A DNA stretch of 64,000 bases from Hemiscyllium ocellatum (Eukaryota), in the NCBI RefSeq assembly GCF_020745735.1, contig NW_026867635.1:445947-509946 (forward strand), given 5' to 3'. A program made the position numbers and the translations under genes. This document shows positions 1 to 13,341 of the stretch, one piece after another (position 1 is the stretch's first letter; every line of letters starts with the position of its first letter). The notes beneath the pieces were generated by a model, which saw only the letters and a program-made list of their open reading frames with translations, was not told the origin of the DNA and made no database searches.

Positions 1-185
1 TCAGAGAAACCAAGAAGCAGTGCCATACCAATCTCGAACCCCAAAACAACCAAACAATTCCTGATGCCTATTGGAAGGCCTCAGCAAAATTGCATGATAC
101 AAAATGAAGCAGAACAAGATAAATCCATCCTTGATGCACCGAATGCTTTTTTCCGCTCGTGGGTAGGTCACTAGTTTAGAAAATG

Positions 186-2740
186 GAACATAGAACATAG
201 AACAAAAATACAGCGCAGTACAGGCCCTTTGGCCCCCAATGTTGCGCCGACCCAATCTCACCTAACCTACACGAGCCCACTATCCTCCATATACCTATCC
301 AATGCCCGTTTAAATGCCCAGAAAGAGGGAGAGTGCACCACTGCTACAGGCAGGGCATTCCATGAACTCACGACTCGCTGAGTAAAGAATCTACCCCTAA
401 CATCTGTTCTCTCCCTACCTTCCCTGAATCAAATGCTATGCCCCCTCGTAATAGCCGACTCCATACGGGAAAAAAGATTCTCATTGTCAACCCTATCTAT
501 ACCGCTAATAATGTTGTACACTTCTGTCAAGTCACCCCTAAACCTTCTTTCCTCCAATGAAAACAGACCCAAGTGCCTCAGCCTTTCCTCATACGATCTT
601 CCTACCATACCAGGCAACATCCCGGTTCCTCTACACCATTCCAGTGCCTCCACATCCTTCCTATAGTATGGCGACCAAACTGCACACAATACTGCAGATG
701 CGGCCGCACCAGAGTCTTATACAACTGCAACATGACCTCAGGATTCTGGAACTCAATTCCTCTACCAATATGCCTTCTTCACAGCACCATTTGCCTGGGT
801 GGCAAGTTTCAGAGATCTGTGTACATGGAGACCAAGATCCCTGTGCGTATCCACACTACCAAGTATCCGACCACTAGCCCAGTACTCCATCTTCTTGTAA
901 CTCTTATCAACGTGAGTCACTTTACACTTACCTACATTGAACTCCATTTGCCACCTTTCTGCCCAGCTCTACAGCTTATCTATATCCCGCTGTAACCTGC
1001 CACATCCTTCCTCACTGCCAACAACTCCACCGAATTTCGTATCATCCGCAAACTTGCTCACCAAACCCTCTAGCCCCTCATCCTGGTCATTTATAAAAAT
1101 GGCAAACAATAATGGTCCCAAAACAGATCCTTGCGAACACCGCTAGTAACTGCACTCCAAGATCAACCTTTACCATCAACTACTACCCTCTGTCTTCTTC
1201 CAGCCAGCCAATTCCTAACCCAAACCTCTAACGCACCCTCAATGCCGTATCTCCGTATTTGTTTGCAGTAGCCTACCATGGGGAACCTTATCAAACGCCT
1301 TACTAAAATCCATATACACCACATCTCCCGCTTTACCCTCTTCCACCTCTTTAGTCACCTTCTCAAAGAATTCAATAAGGTTTGTAAAGCACGACCTACC
1401 CTTCACAAAACCATGCTGACGATCCTTGATCACATTATTCCTATCCAGATGTTCATAAATCCTATCCTTCACAATACTCTCTAAGTCTTTGCCCACAACA
1501 GAAGTGAGACTCACCGGGCTATATTTACTAGGGTTATACCTACTCCCCCTCTTGAACAAGGGAACCATAGTTGCTACCCTCCAGTCTTCTGGTATTATTC
1601 CTGTAGACAACGAGGACATAAAAGTCAAGGCCAATGGCTCTGCAAGGTCCTCCCTTGCTTCCCAGTGAATCCCAGAATATATGCCATCAGGCCTAGGGGA
1701 CTTATCCATTTTCACCCTTTCCAGTCAACGAATTGTTGTCACTGTCCCCAAAGTGCTCACCTACTCCAATTCTAACACCGGGCCTGGTTCGTTACCCAGA
1801 AACAAATCCAGTATGGCCTCACCTCTTGTTGGCCTGTCAACATATTGTGTCAGGGAACCCTCCTGCACACATTGGACAAACACTGACCCATCTTACGTAC
1901 TTGAGCTATAGCTTTCCCTATCAATATCTGGAAAGTTAAAGTCCCCCACAACAACCACCATGTTACTTTTAATCTTCTTCTGAATCATCCTCGCAATCAT
2001 TTCTTCTACGTCTCTAGGACTATTAGGAGACCTGTAGAAAACTCCTAACAGGGTGACCTCACCTTTCCTATTTCTAACCTCAGCCCAAACTACCTCAGAT
2101 GGCAAATCGTCATCCATCGTCCTTTCCACCGCATAATACTATTCTTCGCAAGCAATGCCAGACCTCCCCCTCTTTTAGCCCCCACCCCGACCCTACTAAA
2201 ACATTTAAGCCCTGGAACCTGAAACAGCCGTTCCTGTCCATGTTCTACCCATGTCTCCCTAATAGCCACAAGATCGAAATCCCAGGGGAGCAACCCACAC
2301 TGCAAGTTCACCTACTTTATTTCGTATACTTCTCTCATTGAAGTATACACTCTTCAAGCCACCTTCTTATTTACTGGCACCCTCCTTCGAGATTGATGCC
2401 ATGTTCCTACCTTCCCTACCCTCAATGTCGTGTACCCTAAAACTACAGTCCAGGTTCCCATGTCCCTACAGAATTTGTTTAAAACCCACCAAAGAGCACT
2501 AGCAAACCTCCCCCCAACGATACTGGTGCCCCTCAGTTTCAGGTGTAGACCATCCTGTTTGTAGAGGTCCCACCTTCCCCAGAAAGAACCCCAGTTATCA
2601 AGATACCGGAATCTCTCCCTCCTGCACTATCCCTGGAACCAGCATTTAACTGTTCTCCCTCCTTATTTCTCGACTCTCTATCACGTGGCACGGGTAACAA
2701 ATCAGAGACAACAACTCTGTTTGTTCTAGCTCTGAGTTAG
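186..2740 (-). mobile_element. CR1-clade LINE, 5'-truncated, decayed ORF2 (endonuclease + RT)
   Basis: Minus-strand ORFs: VWAEVRNRKGEVTLLGVFYRSP..VVGDFNFPDID (APE), QHGFVKGRSCFTNLIEFFE..YMDFSKAFDKVPH (RT), WSPYYRKDVEALE; (ATAGAAC)n tail at 186-205. Confidence 0.95.
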
Positions 2741-2789
2741 TTTGATCTGAACACTACAGGATCGTTGACACATGTCCGAACAGCCCGAG

Positions 2790-3900
2790 GCATTCCATTC
2801 TCTTCATCACCACATCAGATATCAGATCAGTCTTACTTGGGGGTCAACTTCAGGTAAGTGACAGGGGTGAACAGTGTTCTCGGCCAAGCACTGAAATCCT
2901 GCGTGGACCAGTTTGAGAAGGTATTTAGTAATACCTTCAAAATCTAAACATACAAACCGAAGTCTCCACCTGATTCAAGATCACCACCATCCCTGTACCT
3001 CAGAAAGCCCATGCAATATGCCTTTATGAGTCCTGCCCTATGGCACTGCCATCAATAATCATTTCGTGATTTGAGAGGCTGGTAAGGGTCCACAATCAAC
3101 TCCGGACTCCCAGCCTGCCTCGATCTGCTATGTTTTGCCAAACGACCTGACGGGTTTATAGGGATCGATACCTAGCCCTGCACTCAAAGCAGAAACACCT
3201 GCACAATAAGGAGACATATGTCCACCTCCTACTGTTTGGCTAAAACTCCGCATTCGGGACTAAATTCCCCTCCAGATTGATCTTAACCCACCATGACTTT
3301 GGTGTCATTTCCAACCTCTGCAACTGGATCCTCAGCTTTCTGACCATAGACCACAATCAATGAGCAGAGATATCAGCACCTCCGCCACAATAAAACTGAA
3401 CATTGGAAGCCCCCAAGGATGTTTACTTATCACCCTACTTTACTTCCTATACACCTATTTCCTGCAGCAAATTCTAAACGAACGTCATCTGCACGCTCGC
3501 TATTTACATCATAGTTGGAGAGACATCTAACAGCGATGAGCCAAAATACAGAAAGGAGATAAAGAGCTTGGTGACTCGTTGCAATGAGAACACCCTCTCT
3601 CTCAATGTTGTCTAAACGAAAAATTTCTCCATTGATTTCAGAAAGAAACAAGGAAAACACACTTCCATCGACTTAAATGCAACTGAGATTGAGAGGATCG
3701 AATAATGCCCCAAATCAACTTCGACAGATGCATAATTGAAAGCATATTGTCCGAGTGTACAACGGGCTGGAATGTCAACTGCTATGTCCAGGATACAGAA
3801 GATGGGTGTGCACAATCTTTACCATGACGGGACGCAATCTTCCATCTATGGACTCTATTCACACAGCTCGCTGCCACTGTAAGGCTGCCAGCATGATCAA
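2790..3900 (+). mobile_element. Decayed non-LTR retrotransposon RT (Rex1/L2-like)
   Basis: Degenerate RT motifs by eye (TTIPVPQK, FERLV, CNWILSFL, G.PQGC.LSPLL) with many disruptions. Confidence 0.7.
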
Positions 3901-4019
3901 ATACACATCGGGACATTCAAATAGTGCTGATCGTGTAAATATAATTGTTGCCTCCGGCATGCCATTGTGGTGCAGCCTTCATGCACCACAAATGAGTTTT
4001 CATTTCACCCTCTGTTCTG

Positions 4020-4450
4020 CATGTTCTTGCTCAATGTCGGAGCAAGATTCCCCAGACCAGGGGCAAAGTCTCTATAGGCAGACACGACACAGGCACATGG
4101 TGAACTTTTATTCAAGAGAAAAATGCTGAAAGCGTTGAGAGAGGCAAAGGAGCTTCCACCAATATGGCTTTGATGTGAAAGCCCAATCGCTTTCTTAATC
4201 TTGAGGCCAGATGTGTCGTGACGTCAATGACATACTGATATTAAAGTAAGCAGCAGTATTTTGATACATTGTGTTACAATTATCATACACAGAGTGGTTA
4301 TTGCACTCTCCACCTTCCTTTCTGTCAGCCCAATCTTGAAAAACACCTGATCAAGCATGAACACACCCATGGACGCACTTACGTTCTTAGTTATTTGTGA
4401 TGTTTACAAAATCTCTGGGCTTTGAGATCTTGATATGTTGCATTGCAAAG
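4020..4450 (+). pseudogene. Possible decayed V-like exon and J-like stretch (unit 1)
   Basis: Fragments PDQGQSL, ERGKG, DVK..NRF, AAVF* in V-domain order; heptamer-like CACAGAG at 4288; no convincing nonamer. Confidence 0.25.
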
Positions 4451-4659
4451 TTATTGACTACTCTTTTTGGTCATGCCCGTCGATTGAATTCTAACCATCT
4501 GTACTTTTCAAATTCCATTACACATTTTTATACAAAGACAATTGATTCTGTAATAAAACCTTCCAGCAAACAAAATTGTCATACACGGTTTCGGTGGTTT
4601 AGAAAATGCGATGAAAGTCGAGTCTGGCTTTGAAAGAAGTCCCTAATCTCTCTGTACAG

Positions 4660-4894
4660 ATCCCCTCGCTGCAGTATGTGATTCATTTCTTGGTCATTTC
4701 TTCTTCATCACGCTCAACTCTCTGATATATCAAATTCCCTCCACATCTGTTTTAAGTACTACCAGTAATCTCACTCCATAACTCCTTGGAATAAAACCTT
4801 TCTGATTTTGGCAAACTCTGTTTGAAGAAAACACTCCCTGACCCTTCTTCATGACCTACTGATATGTGTAAAAAAGGTGAAGACAAAAGCACAG
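4660..4894 (+). pseudogene. Possible decayed Ig constant exon (unit 1)
   Basis: Acceptor tctgtacag|, donor |gtaacc; ITLNSLIYQIP (B-strand-like), TY*YV (F-strand-like). Confidence 0.3.
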
Positions 4895-5079
4895 GTAACC
4901 GTGAATGAGCCTGTTATCAAAACAGCATTTGACTGAGGATGGCATGAAGGAACTTGAACAAAATTGAGCTTAATGGGAATCGGTTGTTAAAATCCCCATT
5001 GCTGGAGTGACTTAAAGTATGAGGACTAATAATGGGATTCATGGACATTAACAGTCCTAGTCTTGTGACGCGTCTGCAG

Positions 5080-5338
5080 GAGAGCCCCAAGGTAGCTCAA
5101 TCAGCACAAACATTTTCAGCTACTTTATCAATGTCTTACCCCTCCATCTTAAGGTCAGAAGTGAGAATGTTCATGAAAGATTACACAATGTTCAAAGCGA
5201 CGTGCCACCTCTTAGTTCCTGAAGCAGTTTGTATCCACTTGCATCAAGCCCTGGACATTATTCAAGCTTTGATTGTTAAAGAAGAGGTAACTGTCATGTA
5301 AGAGCACTTTTAGACTATGTGCATTTCCATAATAAAAG
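5080..5338 (+). pseudogene. Decayed Ig C1-set exon (unit 1)
   Basis: ctgcag| ... |gt; SPKV..ATLS(fs)CL, VRMFMKD, and tgt-cat-gta-(a)-gag-cac = CHVEH at 5292-5307. Confidence 0.5.
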
Positions 5339-5397
5339 GTGGAGCTCATTTGCATCCCAGGAACCTGACGAAGCCATTCGGCTCATCAAAACTATCA

Positions 5398-5622
5398 GGA
5401 GAAAGTGACGACTGCAGATGTTGGAGATCAGAGCTGAAAAATGTATTGGTGTTAAAGCGCAGCAGGTCAGACAGCATCACAGGAGCAGGAGAATCGACGT
5501 TTCGGGCATAAGCCATTCTTCAGGAAATCCTGAAAAAGGGCTTATGCCCGAAACTTCGGTTCTCCTGCTCCTGTGATGCTGTCTGACATGCTGTCCTTCT
5601 CCAGCAACACATTTTTCAGATC
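5398..5622. mobile_element. Palindromic Penelope-end derivative with hammerhead cores
   Basis: About 90-bp inverted arms centred near 5526; minus arm reads CCTGAAGA..GGCTTATGCCC GAAACGTC. Confidence 0.8.
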
Positions 5623-5781
5623 ATCGGAACGAGCAGTAAAGAAGCGGGCAAGCCCATTCCGTCCCTCCAGCCTATTGCGCAGGAAGAGAGGAAAGCTGGT
5701 GTTATGGAACAGACAACAAACCCTGAAAGGTGTTTCAGGAAGATCGCCTAAAACTCAATGTTTTGTGATTTTGAAGGCAAA

Positions 5782-7335
5782 TTTGAAGTGCCTATTGCAG
5801 GTGCGATGTGATTGGTCAGATTACTTGACGTTAAATGGAACACATTTTATTTAAAAACTGTACCTAAAATACAACCAAAGGAAGACATTTAGAATATCTT
5901 AACTCTGATGGAAGACTTAACAATAACAGGTATATTAACGATTACTAATTAAATGTTCCAAAACAGTAACATCCCATAAACACAAGCCATCCACTTTGTG
6001 AAAAGGAAAAATCAGACACAGATTGCCATGTGTACTTAGAACATAGAACATAGAACAATACAGCACAGAACAGGCCCTTCGGCCCACCATGTTGTGCCGA
6101 ACATCTATCCTAGATTAAGCACCCATCCATGTACCTATCCAATTGCCGCTTAAAGGTCGCCAATGATTCTGACTCTACGACTCCCACGGGCAGCGCATTC
6201 CATGCCCCCACCACTCTCTGGTTAAAGAACCCACCCCTGACATCTCCCTTATACATTCCACCCTTCACCTAAAATTTATGTCCCCTTGTAACACTCTGTT
6301 GTACCAGGGGAAAAAGGTTCTGACTGTCTACTCTATCTATTCCTCTGATCATCTATCAAGTCACCCCTCATCCTTCGCCGTTCCAACGAGAAAAGGCCGA
6401 GAACTCTCAACCTATCCTCGTACGACCTATTCTCCATTCCAGGCAACATCCTGGTAAATCTTCTCTGTGCCCTCTCCAAAGCTTCCTCATCTTTCCTAAA
6501 GTGAGGCGACCAGAACTGCACACAGCACTCCAAATGTGGCCTAACCAAAGTCCAGTACAACTGCAACATCACTTCACGACTCTTGAATTCAATCCCTCTG
6601 CTAATGAACGCTAATACACCATAGGCCTTCTGACAAGCTCTATCCACCTGAGTGGCAACTTTCAAAGATCTATGTACATAGACTCCAAGATCCCTCCGTT
6701 CCTCCACCTGACTAAGACCCCTACCGTTAACCCTGTATTCCGCATTCTTATTTGTTCTTCCAAAATGGACAGCCTCACACTTGGCAGGGTTGAACTCCAT
6801 CTGCCACTCCTCAGCCCAGCTCTGCATCATATCTAAGTCCCTTTGCAGCCGACAACAGCCCTCCTCACTGTCCACAACTCCACCAATCTTCGTATCACCT
6901 GCAAATTTACTGACCCACCCTTCGACTCCCTCATCCAAGTCATTAATAAAAATTACAAAGAGCTGTACTTCTCCAGTCCAGCAGGAAAAAAGAAAAACAT
7001 ATAGATACAATTGAGAGATAGTAGAGGTCAAGATGCATGCATTAAAACTTTCCAGTCTGTTAACACTCCAACAACGTCTGACATTGCTGAAGAACCAAAA
7101 CCAGATATTCTTATCTGTGCGAGTTGGCTACATCAATTCAGGCTGCTTTAAAATAAACCCAAGGCAACGCAAAGCTGTCTACTCAAGTGTTCCTAACTAT
7201 CCAGTGTTTTACCTCTCGTTACATCTCTGTCTTAAAACAAACCAGGACAAAACAACCTCTTAAAACTACAGCATTTTCACAATAGTTAGTACATCGAGCT
7301 ATTAAACAGGAACCAGGAAAAATACATTCTTATCA
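5782..7335 (-). mobile_element. Probable solo LTR, interrupted by a CR1
   Basis: Shares motifs (AACATCCCATAAAC and flanks) with 36040-36650; non-coding; family, strand and ends inferred. Confidence 0.45.
6038..6963 (-). mobile_element. Young 5'-truncated CR1 LINE
   Basis: ORF 6333-7031 RT C-terminus (FINDLD..SKFAGDTKIGG..RPHLECCVQFWSP); TSD TGTACTT at 6031-6037 and 6964-6970. Confidence 0.95.
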
Positions 7336-7439
7336 TTAGTCCTATCCAATTGAAAGAGGAAGAAGTGATTCAACACCACAAGACACTTGAACAGGAACAA
7401 AATGAGGCCACACAACCCCTTGAGTCAGTTGTGCCAGGA

Positions 7440-7808
7440 CAGAATGAGGTCTCTGATGTTCCAGCATGACAAAGAAATGGAGCAGAGGCTATACAGGCTA
7501 AGTGTCCCACGTTGCTCCTCGTACCTCCATTGCTTGTGGTACACATGTTGGGCATAATCGTGGTTTTGTCAAACTGAGGAGAGACGGCAAGGCTTTGTTT
7601 GAAATCTCAAGGAGGCACCTTACGTCTTTGAAAAGACAAACTGATGTGTTCCATGCTGGTCAGAAGCTGGTGGGAATGGCTAACTGTTTCAGAAGGAAGA
7701 TATTGTGGCTGTAGTTGGGATTGTGTATAACATGACTTTCAGTGCAGTGCCACACACCGAATGCACGTTAATGCCAGGAAGTAGGTTCATACTTCTTTCT
7801 CAATCGAC
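7440..7808 (+). pseudogene. Decayed Ig C-type exon (unit 1)
   Basis: TSIAC, then FVKLRRDGKAL (C strand, W lost), WLTVS, DFQCSATH (F strand C-x-x-x-H). Confidence 0.55.
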
Positions 7809-7954
7809 GTGAGCTTCTACAGAGGCACACAAACTATTAGGAATTACCTATCCAGAGTAAAGTGTGGATTTTCTCACCTGAACAATGTCTCTCTTGGAAA
7901 TAACTGATCACCTCTGATCCTCTAGTTTCAACACAATAATCTCTTCTCTCACAG

Positions 7955-8257
7955 CACTATCGATTAAACTCACAGTTTATTCACTCTCTCCTCGTGGTAC
8001 CATCATCCTAGAAACTAGTCTGGTAATACTGGTTTAAATTGTCTCTGTGGAAAGGTGATCATTCGTTACAAAGAAGATCATATCAGCAAACAGTACCCCA
8101 AATACTCTCTCATCAAAGCTCTACAAGTCTCGTAGTACGGTTCTACTTCTATTCTTGAATCATCTTACAATAAAAGTCAACATAACTCTTCTTTCCGTCA
8201 TTACTTTCTCCCCTGGATGTACTGTACATTTGGTGACACATGTGCAGAGACATTCAG
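7955..8257 (+). pseudogene. Decayed terminal Ig C1 exon (unit 1)
   Basis: Strong acceptor ctcttctctcacag|; 303 nt, phase 1-1, single frame: KLTVYSLSP..VILV*IVS..NHLTIKV..TFSPGCTVH; two stops. Confidence 0.6.
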
Positions 8258-8657
8258 GTCTTTTTGGAAAACAATATTTCACAACCACGCACCATTTTTT
8301 TCAACACAAAATGAGACGTAAACTATTTTCTGCACACATCCATGTCATTCAGCAAATTCAAATACAACACTCCCTCTGTTTCTCATTTATGGATTCCGCA
8401 CAAACACAAAACTCCACGGTTTTCTCAAAGATTATTTTATGAATCTAAGCTGATTCATCCCGATATCCCATGTGTGTAGTTATCACAGTCCTTAAGAATG
8501 ATTTTAATATTTTCCTTAAAACAGACATGATGTGGCTCATTTTTATTCCTCGACCTGTCTCGTTTTAAATATTTACAGTTACGACAGCTACTTTCCAGTC
8601 TTAAGGATCCAGAATTTCCAAACTCCAAAGAACTTTGAAGATTTTTTTTTCTTGCAG

Positions 8658-8830
8658 ATACAACGTTTAAAAGACATTTACATAAGGTTCTGGAAGCGCC
8701 GTTTGGCTGCAGTAGGTGAATTTGAGACTATGATGGGACTGGAAAATGTGGATCTTATTGTCAATTTTATTGCTGTATGAATCGCTGTATTGTCTCCTCC
8801 ATAAATACTCTGGGATGGAGCTCATGCTGT
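8658..8830 (+). pseudogene. Possible IgH-type TM exon (unit 1)
   Basis: Strong acceptor ttttttcttgcag|; GEFETMMGLENVDLIVNFIAV resembles IgM M1 EEGFENLWATASTFIVL. Confidence 0.35.
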
Positions 8831-9018
8831 GCAGCAACTCACCAACCTTCAATTATAATCGATTTTTTTAAAAAACAATTTCTCTGTATTAATTGTCACC
8901 TACCCCAGTCTCTGATTTTCAGTGGACAGTTTGTCGCATGCTTTGTCGGAAAGATTGTTTTTTTAATCTTCCTCTATGGAGAGAGAAATAACATATTCCC
9001 TTCAGTTAGGGGGCAAAA

Positions 9019-9424
9019 ATGGCTTCCCATACTTGTGCGAACATATCAGGGTGCAGCACATGTGAGATGATGGACATGGCGCCCACTTCTGCTGAGAAAG
9101 TTTTAGAATGAAACTGTCACTTCATTGACAGTGCAAGCACGGGCCGCTCCCAAGGGTGAGGTCACAGGCTATGCTAAAAGACGTGACAAAACTCTGTGAC
9201 CACCTTATTTTAGAATCAGACTGCCGTCATACTTTCTACCTGGCAGAGGTCCAGATCCAGACATGAATAAGATGTTGATCAAAATGTCCCGAAGTGAATT
9301 GCAACCAGAGGATTTTGATGGCAGTTCATTCAGAACCAGTACTGAGGTAGAAGTGAAGACCGGGGATATTATTGAGATGGTATTGGACAGGTTTGATGAC
9401 AGCGGGAATATTGAGATATAAATC
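9019..9424 (+). pseudogene. Leader + V segment with degenerate 23-RSS (unit 2)
   Basis: 43-nt phase-1 leader 9019-9061 |gtgaga, 70-nt intron, V from 9132: DVTKLC, SYFLPGRGPD, DGSSF, EDRGYY*; heptamer GACAGGT 9386, 23-nt spacer, nonamer ATATAAATC 9416-9424. Confidence 0.55.
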
Positions 9425-9581
9425 AACTCAGGACAAAATAGGTCCTCCATGGTTGTGAGTAGTTTTTTTTTCCTTCTCGGACGTATGCATGTGAAGGGAG
9501 TGAAATTCGGAAAAGGAATGAAGATTATGACATAAAGCAAATTCAATATTTTATACCTGTATTAATTATAGATGATATATA

Positions 9582-10465
9582 TATTGTTAAATCACTCACA
9601 ATGGTTCACAGAATTAGCAAATGGAAGAAAGATAGACTTACGAGGTACACCAACAATAGCCAGGAAAGGATAGTAACCTGCCCTAATTATCATCAGTGCG
9701 GCATCCATCCACTTTTCCAAATATCCCCAATCCCGAGAAAGATAGTAAAGAGCCCAGGACACACCTATGTACATCGTTGGAACATTCCAGTTAGTTTGGT
9801 CTCAGATTCTGAAGTCTCCCTCTCTCTGGAGCTGCTGATCCCAACCGTGTTGATGATGATGTCACTGTTGGCACTATGCAATAATATATTGCAAAAAGCT
9901 CCATACTTATAGAAGAAGGAAACTCCCCAGCGACAGTGTTAGCATCCATGCAGATTGACATCAATTACCTTCACTGAACAAACAGCCAGATGCAGAACAC
10001 TCCTTTTTGCAGAACGTTTAATTTAACAACAATACTTGTGGGATGTTGACATCACCTGCTATTGACCTTATTGCCCATCTCTTATTACTATTTCACCAAT
10101 GTCAGAGGTGAAGGAGAAAGGTTATGTTGTCTCTTCACAGGCTCGATGACTCTGCTACTTTATCTATGTTCATCTCCATGTAACTATATCCTTAAAAGCC
10201 AATCAACAGATTGTTACTATGCTGAAGTCTCCTCCACCAGTACAACTGTAAATCTAAACCTGTCTCTGGGGACCACTGCCTGGTACACATACAGGAATGT
10301 GGATTTTCTGCAGACTTTCACCTCACTACTCTAGCAAGGCAGGGTTGACACACTACATTTCAATAATTTGTCTCCAACTTTGCAATCGGCTTACTGCATT
10401 GTTTCCATGCATTTTCTTTGTCAAATGGATTTGGCCGCAGCCCGGAGGTAGATACACATTTTCAG
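9582..10465 (+). pseudogene. Degenerate D- and J-like segments with RSS (unit 2)
   Basis: CACAATG 9597; CACTATG 9872 + 12 nt + GCAAAAAGC 9891; CCTTTTTGC 10002 + 23 nt + ACTTGTG 10034; TGTTACTAT 10212 + 23 nt + AACTGTA 10244; J-like peptides YYYF..RGEGERL(fs)VVSS, LWGP..LVH, FGRSPEV. Confidence 0.4.
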
Positions 10466-10717
10466 GTGCCTTGATTATTGGGATGAAAGGTGCACATTCA
10501 GAATCAAAGTGTCACTGGCAAAGAAACAAAAATTAATCGTCAAAGTTGGCAGTGGACACGTCAAAATTATTAAGATTGCCAGAATAATAGACAAAAACAG
10601 TGCAGAAAAAAATAATACAAAACATTTGAAAGAAGATATGGTGAGGGACAACAGGACAAACTGAAATGGAATGGAGGGAAAATTATTTTATCGACACTCG
10701 TTAATCATTATGTGCAG

Positions 10718-11015
10718 TAGGATTGAGCAAAACTTAAAATATTTCAACAAAACTCTGGACGTCTCAAAAATTTGAAAGGTTGAAAATGATGCAGATAAGG
10801 TCAGTTCTGGGAAAATGTACACAAAAGAGATAACTGCTTGAAACCATTGTTCATCCCGAAAATCCTAATCACACCTCGAGTCCAAAATACCAATAAATAA
10901 GACATGACACTCCTGACCGAAACTTAACATTACACTTCGGGCTACGCCGAGCCAAACTATGTGGAGGTTATACCGATGCCAAAATGTTCAACTTCGATCA
11001 ATATTCATGTGACGA
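10718..11015 (+). pseudogene. Decayed Ig domain exon (unit 2)
   Basis: RSVLGKC ... RNLTLHFGL ... (fs) LYRCQ; Cys spacing about 52 aa. Confidence 0.45.
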
Positions 11016-11084
11016 GATAACGGGCATTCCACTCTTATCAAATACATTCACTCTTACATATTCGTGATTTGGAGCGGCCCGTGT

Positions 11085-11350
11085 AGGACGGGCGTGCATA
11101 AAGTTAAAAATCACCTAACACCAGCTTATAGTACAACATGTTTATCTGGAAGCGTTCAGTTGCGACCTGATGAAGGAGCAGCACTCCGAAGGCTAGTGCT
11201 TCTCAATAAACCGATTTGACTATAGCCTGGTGTTGTGTTAAGTTAAGAACCACACATTAGGTTATAGTCCAACAGGTTTAATTGGAAGCATTAGCTTTTG
11301 CAGTGCCACTCTTTCACCAGGTGATTGTGTGATGTTTAACTTTGTGTACC
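11085..11350. mobile_element. Penelope terminal-repeat fragments in inverted arrangement
   Basis: Matches the 24303-24430 terminus; CCTGATGAAGGAGCAGCACTCCGAAGGCTAG hammerhead-like core at 11166. Confidence 0.75.
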
Positions 11351-11399
11351 GACTCTTAACTATCAGGAAGCCAATTGACGACAAAGGGAACACCAGTTA

Positions 11400-12850
11400 C
11401 ACAATAGGTGACTAGTTACTTATTGTGTTTTTACAAGTTTCTTCAGAAGCCTTTTGGAATGGAGAGTAGTCGGAATGGAGTTTAGGGCAGCTGATTACTC
11501 CGCCTGCAGAATGTTTGAGAAATGACGGCCTCTATGAAAGTGCATGCAAATCCAACTCCTTGAAAACCGTGTTAGACAACTGGAGCTGGATTTGGATGAA
11601 CTTCGGATCAGTTGAGATTCGGAGGGATTATTGAGAAAGGTCTCTGTAAAGAAGTCACACCTCAGGAAAAAGCAGAAGATAGATGTGTTACCGTCAGAGG
11701 ACGAAAAGGAAACCTACAGGCAGCGCAGGCCTCCCCTCAACAACAAGTTAAAAGTTATTGGAGACCACTGGCGGCAGACTTACCAAGGGTAAGCAATGAG
11801 TATAGGTCTCTGTTGCTCAGAAATGAAGGGGGAAGACAAGCAGAGCATTAGACATTTGTGACTCCATCGTTACGAGGTCCTGTGGGACCGAGAGAGATTC
11901 AGAGTTGTGTGTTTCCTCCCAAGAACTGGGGTTCGTGATGTCTCTGATCGTGCTTTTTGGATCCTTGGGTTGGAGGGGCAGCAGCGCAAGGTCGTAGTTA
12001 ACATAGGCACCAATGACTTGTGTAGAACATAGAACATAGAATATAGAAAAGTACAGCACAGTACAGGCCCTTCGGCCCTCGATGTTGCGCCGACCGAAGC
12101 CTACCTAACCTACACTAGCCCAATAACCTCCATATGCTTATCCAATGCCCGCTTAAATGACCCTAAAGAGGGAGAGTCCACCACTGATACTGGCAGGGCA
12201 TTCCATGAACTCACAACCCGCTGAGTAAAGAATCTACCCCTAACATCTGTCCTATACCTACCACCCCTTAATTTAAAGCTGTGTCCCCTCGTAACGGCTG
12301 ACTCCATTAGCGGAAAAAGGTTCTCACTGTCAACCCTATCTAAACCCCTAATCATCTTGTACACCTCTATCAAATCTCCCCTAAACCTTCTTTTCTCCAA
12401 TGAGAACAGCCCCAAGTGCCTCAGCCTTTCCTCATACGATCTTCCTACCATGCCAGGCAACATCCTGGTAAACCTCCTTTGCACTCGTTCCAATGCCTCC
12501 ACGTCCTTCTTATAGTATGGCGACCAAAACCGCACACAATACTCCAGATGAGGCCGCACCAGAGTCTTATACAACTGCAACATGACCTCAGGACTCCGGA
12601 TCTCAATTCCTCTACCAATAAAGCCCAGTACAACATATGCCTTCTTCACAGCACTATTTACCTGGGTGGCAACTTTCAGAGATCTGTGTACATGGACACC
12701 AAGATCCCTCTGCTCATCCACACTACCAAGTAGAAAGAGAGTGTAGGAAGAGAGAGGGGAATTTAAGGCAGAAATTTAGGGAGCTAAGTTGGAAGCTTAG
12801 AGTTCGAACAAACAGATGTGTTACCTTTGGGTTGTTGTGGCATGTGTAAT
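11400..12850 (+). mobile_element. Old CR1 ORF1 fragment hosting a younger CR1
   Basis: Esterase-like ORF1 remnants (DSIV, VCF.G, NIGTND) resuming after 12730. Confidence 0.65.
12023..12730 (-). mobile_element. Young 5'-truncated CR1 LINE
   Basis: Uninterrupted 203-aa ORF2 C-terminus (12110-12721); same family as 186-2740; GTAGAA at both ends. Confidence 0.95.
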
Positions 12851-13341
12851 CCTCTTGTGGTTATGCTTTTTATTGTCCAGCTTCTACTAATTGTTGCTCA
12901 TTGCTAACTGTACTTTACACCTACCCGTCTCCTCCAGTCTCTTCTGTTTTGCCCCTCAGATTCAGTCATTCGTTCTCCATTGGAAAACGCTCGTCATCAT
13001 GCTGAGGCTGCACCTTTCAGTCTCTTCCTCACCTGTACAACTCGTTCCTTATTCACTGCATTTTCCGTTAACTGTCAGTTACTGGGTTTGGCCCAACAAT
13101 TGAATTGTTTTTATAGTTAGGTATTTCACTGTATACATCAACTAGTCACACATTTTTTGTGCGTTGCCACATAAATAACTGCATTTATGCAGCAAAGTAC
13201 ATCAGCAGTACATCTGTGATATACTTAAATAGATTGAAGTCAGAGGATCCAAGGAATAACTGGCATTAATAGCATAAAAAATAATATACATCAACTGCTG
13301 AATTATGAAGTTGGCGTGTGCAGCACAGAGTAAAATCACAG

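Noticed and set aside
5032-5301. Harbinger transposase-like reading (ATCHLL..QALIVKEEVTV)
   Set aside because: No catalytic motifs or TIRs nearby; splice sites plus ATLS-CL and CHVEH fit an Ig C1 exon better, though not proven
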